Assembly (NCBI GenBank): GCA_905215125.1
Contig: CAJMOV010000001.1
Coordinates: 1 to 38,620 of the forward strand
Origin: an uncultured bacterium
Lineage (GTDB): Bacteria; Bacillota; Clostridia; Oscillospirales; Butyricicoccaceae
Length of the DNA stretch: 38,620 bases
Direction: 5' to 3'
In this document: one piece after another, positions 19,084-27,005 of the stretch
How the letters are laid out: each line of letters starts with the position of its first letter
Position numbering within the stretch: the first letter of the stretch is position 1
Notes under the pieces: generated by a model
Databases searched by the model: none
The model's input: the letters and a program-made list of their open reading frames with translations, nothing else
Told to the model about the DNA's origin: nothing
Program-made: the position numbers and the translations under genes

Positions 19084-20298
19084 TTACAGCATAAACCCCT
19101 GCAAATGCGCGCCTGCCGCCAGTGGCCCGCTTCCGGCCGGCACAATAGCCATCATGTCGCAGCCGATGGCGCTGCTCAAGACGGCGTTGCCCTGGCCGGG
19201 TGGCAGAAGCATACGCGCCTGTCCGTCCGACAGATCGAGCTTCCCGCGCAGGAAGCGAATTTTTCCGCTTTTTTTGGGGAAGGCTCCGGCAAGTTTCACG
19301 GGAAACAACGGGGGAATGGCGTCCCGCCTGCCGGCCAGCTTTTTCAAGGCGGGCAGCGCGACGGCGTAAAAGCTGGTCATGGCCGACGCGGGATTGCCCG
19401 ACAGCGCCAAAATCAGCCTGCCTTCCGCCGCGCCCAAGGCGCACGCCATACCCGGCTTGATGTCAACCCCGCGGCACAGTATTTCCGCCCCCGCCTTTTC
19501 CATGGCGTCAGGAGTCAAATCATAGTCCCCCGCCGACACGCCGCCGGTACATAACACGGCGTCGCAGCGTTGTAGGCCCTGCCGCAAAAGGGACAAAATG
19601 GCGCCCGCATCGTCGCCCGCCGTGCCCAGCCAGACAGGCTCCAGGCCGTTTGCCAGCAGCGCTGCGGACAGCAGGTAACGGTTGGCGTTGTAAATCCTTC
19701 CCGGCTGCGCCGGATCGCCCGGCTCGACGACCTCCTCTCCTGTCGACAGGACGCCGACGCGGGGACGGCGGTAAACGGAAATCTCAGCCATACCCTGTGC
19801 CGCCAGCGTGCCCAAAAGGCCGGGGTCAATGACGTCCCCCTGCCGGGCCAGCATCACCCCGGCGCGCACATCCTCGCCGACACGCACGACGTTCACCCCG
19901 CTTTCCACAGGAAAAAACAGGGTGACGGCTTCCGATGTAAAATCCGTCTTTTCATACATGACGACGGCGTCGGCCCCCGGCGGGACGGGTGCGCCGGTCA
20001 GGATTTTCACGGCTTCGCCCGCCGACACCTTCCGGGCCGGCCAGCAGCCGGCGGCCGCTTCCCCGACAACGCGCAGCGTCACCGGGCGCTGCGGCGACGC
20101 GCCCGATACATCGCAGGCGCGGAAGGCGTAGCCGTCATAGGCCGAGCGGTCAAAGGGGGGCGCGTCCTGCCGGGCCGCAGCATCCTGCGCCAGCACGCGT
20201 CCGGCGCACTGCGCCAGGGGCAGGGCCTCTGTGCCCAGCGGCGCTACAGCGTCCAACAGCAGCCGGCGCGCCTGTTCATAAGAAGGCAGCTTATCCAT
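19084..20298 (-). CDS. moeA: Molybdopterin molybdenumtransferase
   Basis: MDKLPSYEQARRLL start, ILTGAPVPPGADAVV, VLSTGEEVVEPG and LCTGGVSAGDYD motifs. ATG 20298 lies 7 nt after GGAGG. The 499-aa ORF extension overlaps modC. Confidence 0.92.
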   Translation of the reverse strand: MDKLPSYEQARRLLLDAVAPLGTEALPLAQCAGRVLAQDAAARQDAPPFDRSAYDGYAFRACDVSGASPQRPVTLRVVGEAAAGCWPARKVSAGEAVKILTGAPVPPGADAVVMYEKTDFTSEAVTLFFPVESGVNVVRVGEDVRAGVMLARQGDVIDPGLLGTLAAQGMAEISVYRRPRVGVLSTGEEVVEPGDPAQPGRIYNANRYLLSAALLANGLEPVWLGTAGDDAGAILSLLRQGLQRCDAVLCTGGVSAGDYDLTPDAMEKAGAEILCRGVDIKPGMACALGAAEGRLILALSGNPASAMTSFYAVALPALKKLAGRRDAIPPLFPVKLAGAFPKKSGKIRFLRGKLDLSDGQARMLLPPGQGNAVLSSAIGCDMMAIVPAGSGPLAAGAHLQGFML

Positions 20299-20300
20299 CT

Positions 20301-21347
20301 TCATTCCTCCAGCGGCAGCAGACTTTCGGGCGGCAGACGAACGGGGACGGCGCCGGCGCGCAGCCTTTCCCACTGCGCAGTATCCAGCTGCCACGCAAGG
20401 GGGACGGCGTCCGGCGCAGTACGCGGCCGCAACAACACAACAACAGACAGGAGGTTTTCCAAAACGTCTGCAACGTCGCACAGAACGGCGTTCGGCCCTT
20501 CTCCGTGCGCGATGTCCTCCATACGGATGCCGATGTATCTCCCGGGGCGCACCCCCTGCGGCAGCTCCAGGGTCAATCCCCAATCAACGGCCTCGCACCT
20601 GCCGCCCGGCAAGGGGACGCTGCGGGAAAGATTGCGGCAGCCGGTCAGCAGGGCGGCCTCCCGTGTACGGGGGCGGCGGAAGATCTCCCGCTTGTCCCCG
20701 GCCGTCTCAATCCTGCCGCCTGTCATGACGGCGACGCGGTCGGCCAAACGATAGACCTCCTCCCGGTCGTGGGACACTAGGATGGCCGGGCCTTTAAAAT
20801 CGCGGATGACGCGGCGGATCTCCCCCTCAAGCTGAAGGCGCAGGTGGCTGTCCAGGGCGGAAAAAGGTTCGTCCAGCAGCAATATGGCAGGCTCGGACAC
20901 CAAAATACGCGCCAGCGCCGTGCGCTGCTGCTGTCCGCCCGAAAGCTGGTGAGGATAATGCCCGGCCAGCGCTTCCAGCCCAAAGGCGGCCAGGGCGGCG
21001 TCTACCCTTTTCCCACGGGTTTTTTTGTCCTTTTCCCGCCGCGCGCCTGCTTCAATGTTGCCGCGCACCGTCATATTGGGGAATAAGGCGTAATTTTGCA
21101 GCATGAGCCCTGTACGACGCTTTTGCGGGGACAAGCAGATCCTCTTTTCCGAGTCAAACAGGGTGACGCCGTCCAGCACAATCCTGCCCCGGTCGGGCCT
21201 TTCTATGCCGGCGATGCAGCGCAGCGTCATGCTTTTTCCGCAGCCGGAAGGGCCGAGCAACGCCAGGGCTTCGCTATCCGCTTCCAGCTTTACCCGTAGG
21301 GAAAAGCCAGGAAGGTTTTTTTCAATGTCAACAAAAAGTCCCATCAC
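20301..21347 (-). CDS. modC: Molybdate ABC transporter ATP-binding protein
   Basis: Walker A GPSGCGKS, signature LSGGQQQRTALARIL, Walker B ILLLDEP and a C-terminal TOBE-like domain. The start (GTG 21347 or ATG 21344) overlaps the modB stop. Confidence 0.88.
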   Translation of the reverse strand: MMGLFVDIEKNLPGFSLRVKLEADSEALALLGPSGCGKSMTLRCIAGIERPDRGRIVLDGVTLFDSEKRICLSPQKRRTGLMLQNYALFPNMTVRGNIEAGARREKDKKTRGKRVDAALAAFGLEALAGHYPHQLSGGQQQRTALARILVSEPAILLLDEPFSALDSHLRLQLEGEIRRVIRDFKGPAILVSHDREEVYRLADRVAVMTGGRIETAGDKREIFRRPRTREAALLTGCRNLSRSVPLPGGRCEAVDWGLTLELPQGVRPGRYIGIRMEDIAHGEGPNAVLCDVADVLENLLSVVVLLRPRTAPDAVPLAWQLDTAQWERLRAGAVPVRLPPESLLPLEE

Positions 21348-22027
21348 GCGCCCCCTTTATCGGCCGCGGGGCGCTCGCGTTTTCTTTCCAGCAGGTTGAC
21401 AGCCAGCAAAACGGCGAAGGAGATGCCGATGTTGACCAGCACCCACCTTGCCGCCAGCGCATCGTCGCCGATCCTCCACAGCTGGTAAACGGTTGTGGAC
21501 ACTGTCGCCGTTTTTCCCGGGGTGTAGCCGGCCACCATGCTGGTCGCCCCGTATTCCCCCAGAGCGCGGGCGAAGGCCAGCACCGTGCCGGCCAGGATGC
21601 CCTGCCGGCAGCAGGGCATGCGGATACGCCAGAAAATATAGCTGTCCGACAGGCCAATAGACCTGCCCGCATGGGCAAGCCCCTCATCAAAGCTCTCAAA
21701 GGCGCCACGCGCCGTGCGGTACATAAGGGGAAAGATGACAATGACAGTGGCAAAAACAGCCGACCACCACGTCATAGTCAAACGGACGCCGAAGGCGTTG
21801 AGAAACCACTGCCCGACGGCCCGGCGGGGGCCGAGCACGCGCAGAAGCAGATACCCCACCACCGTCGGCGGCAGAACAAGCGGCAGGGTGAGGACGACGT
21901 CAAGCACCCCTTTGACGGTACGGGGCAGCCTGGCGATGGCGTAAGCTGCGAAAATACCGGTGAAAAAGACGACAAAGGTGCTGATACCGGCAATGCGCAA
22001 CGAGTTATAAAGGGGAAACCAGTCCAT
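21344..22027 (-). CDS. modB: Molybdate ABC transporter permease
   Basis: Starts MDWFPLYNSLRIAG, 2 nt after the modA stop. Multi-TM, with an EAA-like loop (SFDEGLAHAGRSIGLSDSYIFWRIRMP). Confidence 0.88.
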   Translation of the reverse strand: MDWFPLYNSLRIAGISTFVVFFTGIFAAYAIARLPRTVKGVLDVVLTLPLVLPPTVVGYLLLRVLGPRRAVGQWFLNAFGVRLTMTWWSAVFATVIVIFPLMYRTARGAFESFDEGLAHAGRSIGLSDSYIFWRIRMPCCRQGILAGTVLAFARALGEYGATSMVAGYTPGKTATVSTTVYQLWRIGDDALAARWVLVNIGISFAVLLAVNLLERKRERPAADKGGA

Positions 22028-22029
22028 CG

Positions 22030-22821
22030 TCAGGCGATGGGGGTAAAGCCGACGGCGGAAAAGACGGCGTCGGCTTCGTCGCCCTTCAGGTACTCCAGGA
22101 AGGCTTCGGCCTGCTCGATGTGTTCCGAGCTTTCCAAAACGGCGGCGGGATAGATAACCTGGCCGCACATTTCCTCCGTCGCCGTATCGACGACGGTCAG
22201 TCCGGCCGAATAAGCGTCAGTCTGGTAGATGATACCGCAGTCGACGGCGGCTTCGCTCACCTGGCTTGTCACTTCCTTGACGTTGCTGCCGTAGGTGATG
22301 CAGCCCGACTGCGCCAGCACCCCCTCGTCCAAGCCTAACCAGGTGAGAATTTTCTGCGTGTACTGCCCAACGGGCACGTCGGCACCTCCCATGGCCAGCA
22401 GGATGTCGCCCGTTTCCAGGCCGGCGCACAGATCTTCGTAGCTCTCAATGCCCCCGGGGTTGCCTTCCGGCACGGCGAGGGCCACTTTATTTTCCAATAT
22501 GTCAAAACGGCTGCTTTCCAGCACATTGTCCAGCGCGTCCATCTGCGTCTGCGCGGCGGAAATGAAGATGTCGCACACGGCCCCTTCCTCAATCTGGGTC
22601 TGAAGCGTGCCGGACGATTCAAAATTGAAGGTGAGGACGATATCCTCGTGCTCTTTCATATAGGCGTCGCCCAGCTCGGTCAGCGTCTCGGTCATGGACG
22701 CTGCGGCAAAGACGACCAGCTCGGTCTTTTCCTCGCCCGCCTGTCCGCCTTGGCAGGCGGAAAGCAGCGCCGTCAGCGTTCCCGCGGCCAGCAGCGCCGC
22801 GGCAGCCTTTTTCATTTTCAT
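22030..22821 (-). CDS. modA: Molybdate-binding periplasmic lipoprotein
   Basis: Lipoprotein signal MKMKKAAAALLAAGTLTALLSAC. VFAAASMTE and FISAA motifs typical of ModA. ATG 22821 lies 9 nt after GGAGA. Confidence 0.88.
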   Translation of the reverse strand: MKMKKAAAALLAAGTLTALLSACQGGQAGEEKTELVVFAAASMTETLTELGDAYMKEHEDIVLTFNFESSGTLQTQIEEGAVCDIFISAAQTQMDALDNVLESSRFDILENKVALAVPEGNPGGIESYEDLCAGLETGDILLAMGGADVPVGQYTQKILTWLGLDEGVLAQSGCITYGSNVKEVTSQVSEAAVDCGIIYQTDAYSAGLTVVDTATEEMCGQVIYPAAVLESSEHIEQAEAFLEYLKGDEADAVFSAVGFTPIA

Positions 22822-22878
22822 GGGGTTTTCTCTCCTTTTTGTTTTATATACCCACGCTTTCAAAGAAAACGGAACGAC

Positions 22879-22909
22879 AAAAAGGCCCCAGCCGACCCCA
22901 CGGCTGTGG
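22879..22909 (-). terminator. Leader terminator (candidate riboswitch expression platform) upstream of modA
   Basis: On the minus strand: ccacagccg-uggggu-cggcugggg (9 bp, one mismatch) followed by ccUUUUUgucguu. It lies between the aptamer candidate and the modA RBS. Confidence 0.55.
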
Positions 22910-22924
22910 ATGGCTTCTGATTGC

Positions 22925-23040
22925 CGTCTCCTTTTCAAATGCGGAAGGCCGGATCGTTTCCGATCAGACCCTGGGCCGGTGCTCCGGCCGGCCCCGACTC
23001 CATAGCTTCGCCTTAGGAGCGGGGGCTCGAAGACAGCTTC
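22925..23040 (-). promoter_or_regulatory. Candidate molybdenum-cofactor (Moco) riboswitch aptamer
   Basis: The minus-strand leader reads gaagcugucUUCGAGCCcccgcuccuaaggcgaagcuauggagucGGGCCGGccggagcaCCGGCCCagggucuGAUCGgaaaCGAUCcggccuuccgcauuuGAAAAGGAGAcgg. It has a UCGAGCC element, nested GC stems, a GAAA-capped hairpin and an AAAGGAG 3' element. These match the Moco RNA motif as I recall it, and the location upstream of mod/moa genes fits. No covariance model was run. Confidence 0.5.
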
Positions 23041-23070
23041 AGATTACCACATGCCGGGGCGGCGTGTCAA
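23041..23070 (-). promoter_or_regulatory. Candidate promoter of the mod/moa operon
   Basis: On the minus strand: TTGACA (23070-23065), 18-nt spacer ending in TGg, -10 TAATCT (23046-23041). Confidence 0.5.
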
Positions 23071-23081
23071 TGTCCCCGCGC

Positions 23082-23110
23082 TTGACAATACGGGCCTTCG
23101 GCGTTATGCT
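23082..23110 (+). promoter_or_regulatory. Candidate promoter of the mrp-like gene
   Basis: -35 TTGACA (23082-23087), 17-nt spacer, -10 TATGCT (23105-23110). Confidence 0.55.
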
Positions 23111-23146
23111 GAAAAAAGAACCAACCACAAAAGGAGATATGGCAGC

Positions 23147-23980
23147 ATGAGCGAGAATTGCACCCACAACTGCGAAGCCTGCGGAGAAAGCTGCAACCAG
23201 CGCGAGCAGCCGCAGAGCCTTTTGGAACAGCCCAACCCTCTTTCCAGCATCAGGCGCGTCGTCGCCGTCGTAAGCGGCAAGGGGGGGGTCGGCAAATCGC
23301 TGGTCACTTCCATGCTGGCCGTCCTGGCCCAGCGCAAGGGGCTCAAAACGGCTGTTCTCGACGCCGACATCACCGGCCCCTCCATCCCCAAGGCCTTCGG
23401 CATCCGCGACAAGGCGGAGGGCAGCGAGCTGGGCATTTACCCCGTCGCCTCCCGCCTGGGCACTGAGCTGATGTCAGTCAACCTGCTGCTGGAAAATGAG
23501 ACCGATCCCGTCGTCTGGCGCGGCCCCATCATTGCCGGCACCGTCAAGCAGTTTTGGACCGACGTTATCTGGAGAGACGTCGATCTCATGCTGATCGACT
23601 GCCCGCCGGGCACTGGCGACGTACCCCTGACCGTCTTCCAATCCATCCCGGTTGACGGCATCGTCGTCGTCACCTCGCCGCAGGAGCTGGTATCCATGAT
23701 CGTTGGCAAGGCGGTTAAAATGGCCGAGCTGATGAACGTCCCCGTTCTTGGCGTTGTGGAAAACATGTCCTATTTTGAATGTCCCGACTGCCGCAGCCGT
23801 CACGCCATCTTTGGCGAAAGCCACATCGAAGACATCGCGCGTCAGCACGGCATCACATCAGTATCCCGTCTGCCCATCGATCCCAAGCTGGCCGCCGCCG
23901 TCGACGCCGGGGCCATCGAATTGTTCGAAGGTGACTGGCTCGACGGGCTTTCCGTCATCGTCGACGGGGAACAGAAATAA
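23147..23980 (+). CDS. mrp: Mrp/NBP35/ApbC-family Fe-S cluster carrier ATPase
   Basis: Deviant Walker A VSGKGGVGKS and a CPDCRSRH (CxxC) motif. N-terminal Cys-rich CTHNCEACGESC. ATG 23147 lies 9 nt after AAGGAGA. Confidence 0.88.
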   Translation: MSENCTHNCEACGESCNQREQPQSLLEQPNPLSSIRRVVAVVSGKGGVGKSLVTSMLAVLAQRKGLKTAVLDADITGPSIPKAFGIRDKAEGSELGIYPVASRLGTELMSVNLLLENETDPVVWRGPIIAGTVKQFWTDVIWRDVDLMLIDCPPGTGDVPLTVFQSIPVDGIVVVTSPQELVSMIVGKAVKMAELMNVPVLGVVENMSYFECPDCRSRHAIFGESHIEDIARQHGITSVSRLPIDPKLAAAVDAGAIELFEGDWLDGLSVIVDGEQK

Positions 23981-24002
23981 ACGCCCGAAGCCGGATAATT
24001 AC

Positions 24003-24037
24003 GGCCCCTGCGCAGGCAGGGGCCTTTCCCTTTGTTT
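24003..24037 (+). terminator. Rho-independent terminator
   Basis: ggcccctgc-gcag-gcaggggcc hairpin followed by tttccctttgttt. Confidence 0.75.
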
Positions 24038-24064
24038 GCCGACGGCATAAAAACGTGATACAAT
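24036..24064 (+). promoter_or_regulatory. Candidate extended -10 promoter for the citC-like gene
   Basis: -35 TTGCCG (24036-24041), 17-nt spacer ending in TGa, -10 TACAAT (24059-24064). Confidence 0.45.
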
Positions 24065-24176
24065 AGCTATAAAGCAGTTATCTGCAATCCGTCCATCATC
24101 ATCTGCCGCGGCCCCCGACGGGCTACGGCAATATAAAGCAATAACGCCGCGCCTGGCGAGAAAGGGGGAAAGCGGT

Positions 24177-25175
24177 ATGCACTGGATCAATGAAACCTAT
24201 GAAGGCGTCGTTCCCAAACGTCTCTCCAGCATGCTGGAAGCCTTTCTGCGCCGGCAGGGTCTGCGGTATTCGCCCGGGGACTTCACCGTCCTGCTGCGCG
24301 GCGAAGACGGGGAGATCGCCGCCTGCGGCCTTTTATCCGGCCGGGTGCTGCAATGTATCGCCGTCGAGCCCGCCCTGCGGGGGGAAGGACTGACGGCCGC
24401 CGTCCTGACGGCCCTGCGCGCCCGCGCTTTTACAGCGGGCATTGATCGGCTGTTTCTTTTTACCAAGCCGCAAAACGGCTGCTATTTCGCCGATTTCGGC
24501 TTTTTCCCCATTTCGCACACTGACGATATGCTGCTGATGGAAAGTGAACGCGGCGGCATCAGCCGCTTTATCGCGTCTTTGGACAAGGGGCCGGAGGGCG
24601 GAGTACACGGCTGCGTCGTCGCCAACTGCAACCCCTTTACATTGGGGCACCGTTATCTTATCGAGCAGGCTTCAGCCGCCTGCGACACGCTGCACCTGTT
24701 CATCCTGTCGGAGGACAAAAGCGCTGTCCCGGCCGACGTGCGCTTTGCCCTTGTGCGTCAGGGGGTGAGGGGGCTTAATAATGTCATCGTCCATCCGACA
24801 TCCGATTACCTTATCTCGTCGGTCACTTTTCCAACCTATTTCCTCAAGGATGAAAGCCGCGCGGCGCAGTCGGCAGGCAGGCTGGATCTGACCGTTTTCT
24901 GCGACCATTTCGTCCCGGCCCTGCACATCGCCCGCCGCTTTGTCGGAAGCGAGCCCTTTTGCGCGGTAACGGCGGCCTACAACGCCGCTATGAAGGAAAT
25001 GCTGCCCCCGCGCGGCGTCGAGGTGGCGGAAATTCCCCGGCTGGAAATCGGCGGAAGCGCCGTCAGCGCTTCCCGTGTGCGGCAGCTTTGGCGTCAGGAA
25101 AGCTGGGACGAGCTGCGCCCCCTTGTCCCGGACTGCACATGGAATTATTTATCCACAGGGCTGTGGAAAAAATGA
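24177..25175 (+). CDS. citC: [Citrate (pro-3S)-lyase] ligase-like protein (CitC family: GNAT-like N-domain plus cytidylyltransferase-fold adenylating domain)
   Basis: 332 aa. CVVANCNPFTLGHRYLIEQA (HxGH-type nucleotidyltransferase motif), LHLFILSEDKS, and ISASRVR-type SAVSASRVRQL. RBS AAAGGGGGA lies 7 nt upstream. Confidence 0.8.
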   Translation: MHWINETYEGVVPKRLSSMLEAFLRRQGLRYSPGDFTVLLRGEDGEIAACGLLSGRVLQCIAVEPALRGEGLTAAVLTALRARAFTAGIDRLFLFTKPQNGCYFADFGFFPISHTDDMLLMESERGGISRFIASLDKGPEGGVHGCVVANCNPFTLGHRYLIEQASAACDTLHLFILSEDKSAVPADVRFALVRQGVRGLNNVIVHPTSDYLISSVTFPTYFLKDESRAAQSAGRLDLTVFCDHFVPALHIARRFVGSEPFCAVTAAYNAAMKEMLPPRGVEVAEIPRLEIGGSAVSASRVRQLWRQESWDELRPLVPDCTWNYLSTGLWKK

Positions 25176-25696
25176 AAGGGAAGGACGCCATGCAGCTGGG
25201 CCTGACCATCCCTTTGCAGCGGCGGCTGAAAATCCCCTCCTTGCCGCCGGGCGGTGGCGAAGCCCTGTATTGCTGGGACGCCCATGCCATCACCCTGCAC
25301 GGTAGGCCCTGCCTGCTGGGGGTACACTGCTTGAGCCGGTGCGTCTTTATTCTGCTCGATCCCCCGGCGCACGACTGGGCCGATATTGGAAAGACGGCTC
25401 AAAGCGCCGTTTTCCGCCTGCTGAGGGAGCAGAACCTGCCCTGCCGCGCCGTGCAGCGGTATCTCGTCCGCTGCGGGTCTGTACAGTGTACTAAAACCCA
25501 TGGCCGTAGGGAGGTGGCCTTTCTAAACCGCGCATGGGACGACGTGCTTGCAAGCAGTCAGGCGGCCGATCCTTTTGCCGTCGAGCAGCCCCTGCTGGAA
25601 AATATCGTCAACAGCATCCCCTGCCGCTGCGCGGGGGAGGAAGGGCTTTATCCCGCGTCAGAGCATCTGCGGCGCCTGCTTGCAGAGGATGGATAA
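25172..25696 (+). CDS. Hypothetical protein, unknown function
   Basis: ATG 25172 overlaps the citC stop (ATGA). ATG 25190 is an alternative start. About 170 aa with no motif I can name. The longer ORF starting at 24959 overlaps citC out of frame. Confidence 0.6.
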   Translation: MKGKDAMQLGLTIPLQRRLKIPSLPPGGGEALYCWDAHAITLHGRPCLLGVHCLSRCVFILLDPPAHDWADIGKTAQSAVFRLLREQNLPCRAVQRYLVRCGSVQCTKTHGRREVAFLNRAWDDVLASSQAADPFAVEQPLLENIVNSIPCRCAGEEGLYPASEHLRRLLAEDG

Positions 25697-25706
25697 AGGC
25701 CTGGTC

Positions 25707-25742
25707 AAAAAGCCGTGGGAGCCGCCGCCCCACGGCTTTTTT
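25707..25742. terminator. Bidirectional rho-independent terminator (hypothetical gene on the plus strand, mnmA on the minus strand)
   Basis: agccgtggg...cccacggct stem flanked by aaaa and tttttt. Confidence 0.8.
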
Positions 25743-25764
25743 GATCCATATCCATAAAATGCTG

Positions 25765-26796
25765 TTACCGGCAGATAAAGCCGCCGCCCAAAACGCGGCC
25801 GTCAGCATCAAAAAATACAGCGCTTTGCCCGGGGGAGGGAGCGCGGGCTGGACGATCAAATAACACCTGCGCGGCGCCGGCCCCGGTGCGGACAACGCGG
25901 GCGGGCACTTCCGTTTTACCGTGCCGCACGCGCACCAGGGCGGAAAATTCGTCTTCTGCCGCCAGCTCCGGCGCCAGAATATGAAGACACTCCACGGCAA
26001 TTTCCGCCCTCTGCGGGTCGTTTAAAGACAAAACAACGCGGTTTGCTTCCGGCTCAATACGTGTGACGTACAGCCTGCCCTCCGCTGCAATGCCCAGCCC
26101 CCTCCGCTGCCCAACGGTATAATGGTGAATACCCCGGTGGCGGCCCAGTACCCTGCCCTGTTCGTCGACAAAATCGCCCGGCGGGGGACAAATCCCCCGG
26201 CTTTCAATAAAAGCGGCATAATCGTTGTCGGGAATAAAGCAAATTTCCATGCTGTCCGGTTTGTCGTGGACGGAAATACCGGCCTGCCGGGCCCGATTGC
26301 GGATTTCTTCCTTTTCCATCCCTTCGCCCAGCGGCAGCAGCAGTCGCCCCAGCCACTCATAGGGCAGGCGGTAAAGCATATACGCCTGATCGTTGCGGCT
26401 GGGCGAACGGTACAGCGCGTCATATCCCGCACGCGACCGCCCAAGACGCGCATAATGTCCGGTGGCAACGTATCCGGCCCCCAGCCGATCGGCCACAGCG
26501 AACAAAAGCCGGAGCTTGACGGCAGGATTACACAGCACGCAGGGTATCGGGGTCCTGCCGTGCAGATACCCCTCCACAAAAGGGGCGATGACCTCCCGCT
26601 CAAGGGGCTCGGACATGTCGACGACAAGGCAGTCGATGCCCAGCGCGTCCGCTACACGGCGCGCGTCTTCGCCGTCGGCGCCCCCCCAGGACAAAAAGGC
26701 GCCTGTCACCCGGTATCCCTGCTGCTTGAGCATCGCCGCGCAGCAGGCGGAATCCACCCCGCCCGACAGGCCGAGCACCACGCTTTTTTCCGGCAT
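25765..26796 (-). CDS. mnmA: tRNA 2-thiouridine(34) synthase
   Basis: PP-loop GLSGGVDSA, TGHYAR and RDQSYFL-like NDQAYML motifs. ATG 26796 follows GGAGAGG. Confidence 0.93.
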   Translation of the reverse strand: MPEKSVVLGLSGGVDSACCAAMLKQQGYRVTGAFLSWGGADGEDARRVADALGIDCLVVDMSEPLEREVIAPFVEGYLHGRTPIPCVLCNPAVKLRLLFAVADRLGAGYVATGHYARLGRSRAGYDALYRSPSRNDQAYMLYRLPYEWLGRLLLPLGEGMEKEEIRNRARQAGISVHDKPDSMEICFIPDNDYAAFIESRGICPPPGDFVDEQGRVLGRHRGIHHYTVGQRRGLGIAAEGRLYVTRIEPEANRVVLSLNDPQRAEIAVECLHILAPELAAEDEFSALVRVRHGKTEVPARVVRTGAGAAQVLFDRPARAPSPGQSAVFFDADGRVLGGGFICR

Positions 26797-26865
26797 GCAA
26801 TCCTCTCCCTTCTCCGGCCCATTGTACAGCAATTCCGTGTCTGATACAAGGCGTTTTTCTCGCAC

Positions 26866-27005
26866 GCGCGCGTATATATTAGATGAAATATTATTTTATA
26901 TGTATTTTCTTGTGTTCGACGTCAATTTATGATATACTTGACAGGGTCGGCGCATCTGCGCCGTTTATTATCCTGTCATAAAACAGCTTTACATAGAAAG
27001 AGGAG
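26866..27005. other. AT-rich mnmA-dnaA spacer: dnaA promoter region and possible left half of oriC
   Basis: An AT-rich run, tatatattagatgaaatattattttatatgtattttc, stands out in an otherwise GC-rich genome. Possible promoter: TTGTGT, 18-nt spacer, TATACT (26909-26938). I could find no DnaA box with 2 or fewer mismatches here. Confidence 0.4.

Noticed and set aside
24065-24176. Possible riboswitch in the 110-nt citC leader.
   Set aside because: It has only weak 4-bp stems and no conserved element I can match to a known class.
26797-27005. DnaA boxes upstream of dnaA (for example ttatcctgt at 26967-26975).
   Set aside because: The best candidates have 3 or more mismatches to TTATCCACA, so I do not annotate individual boxes here.
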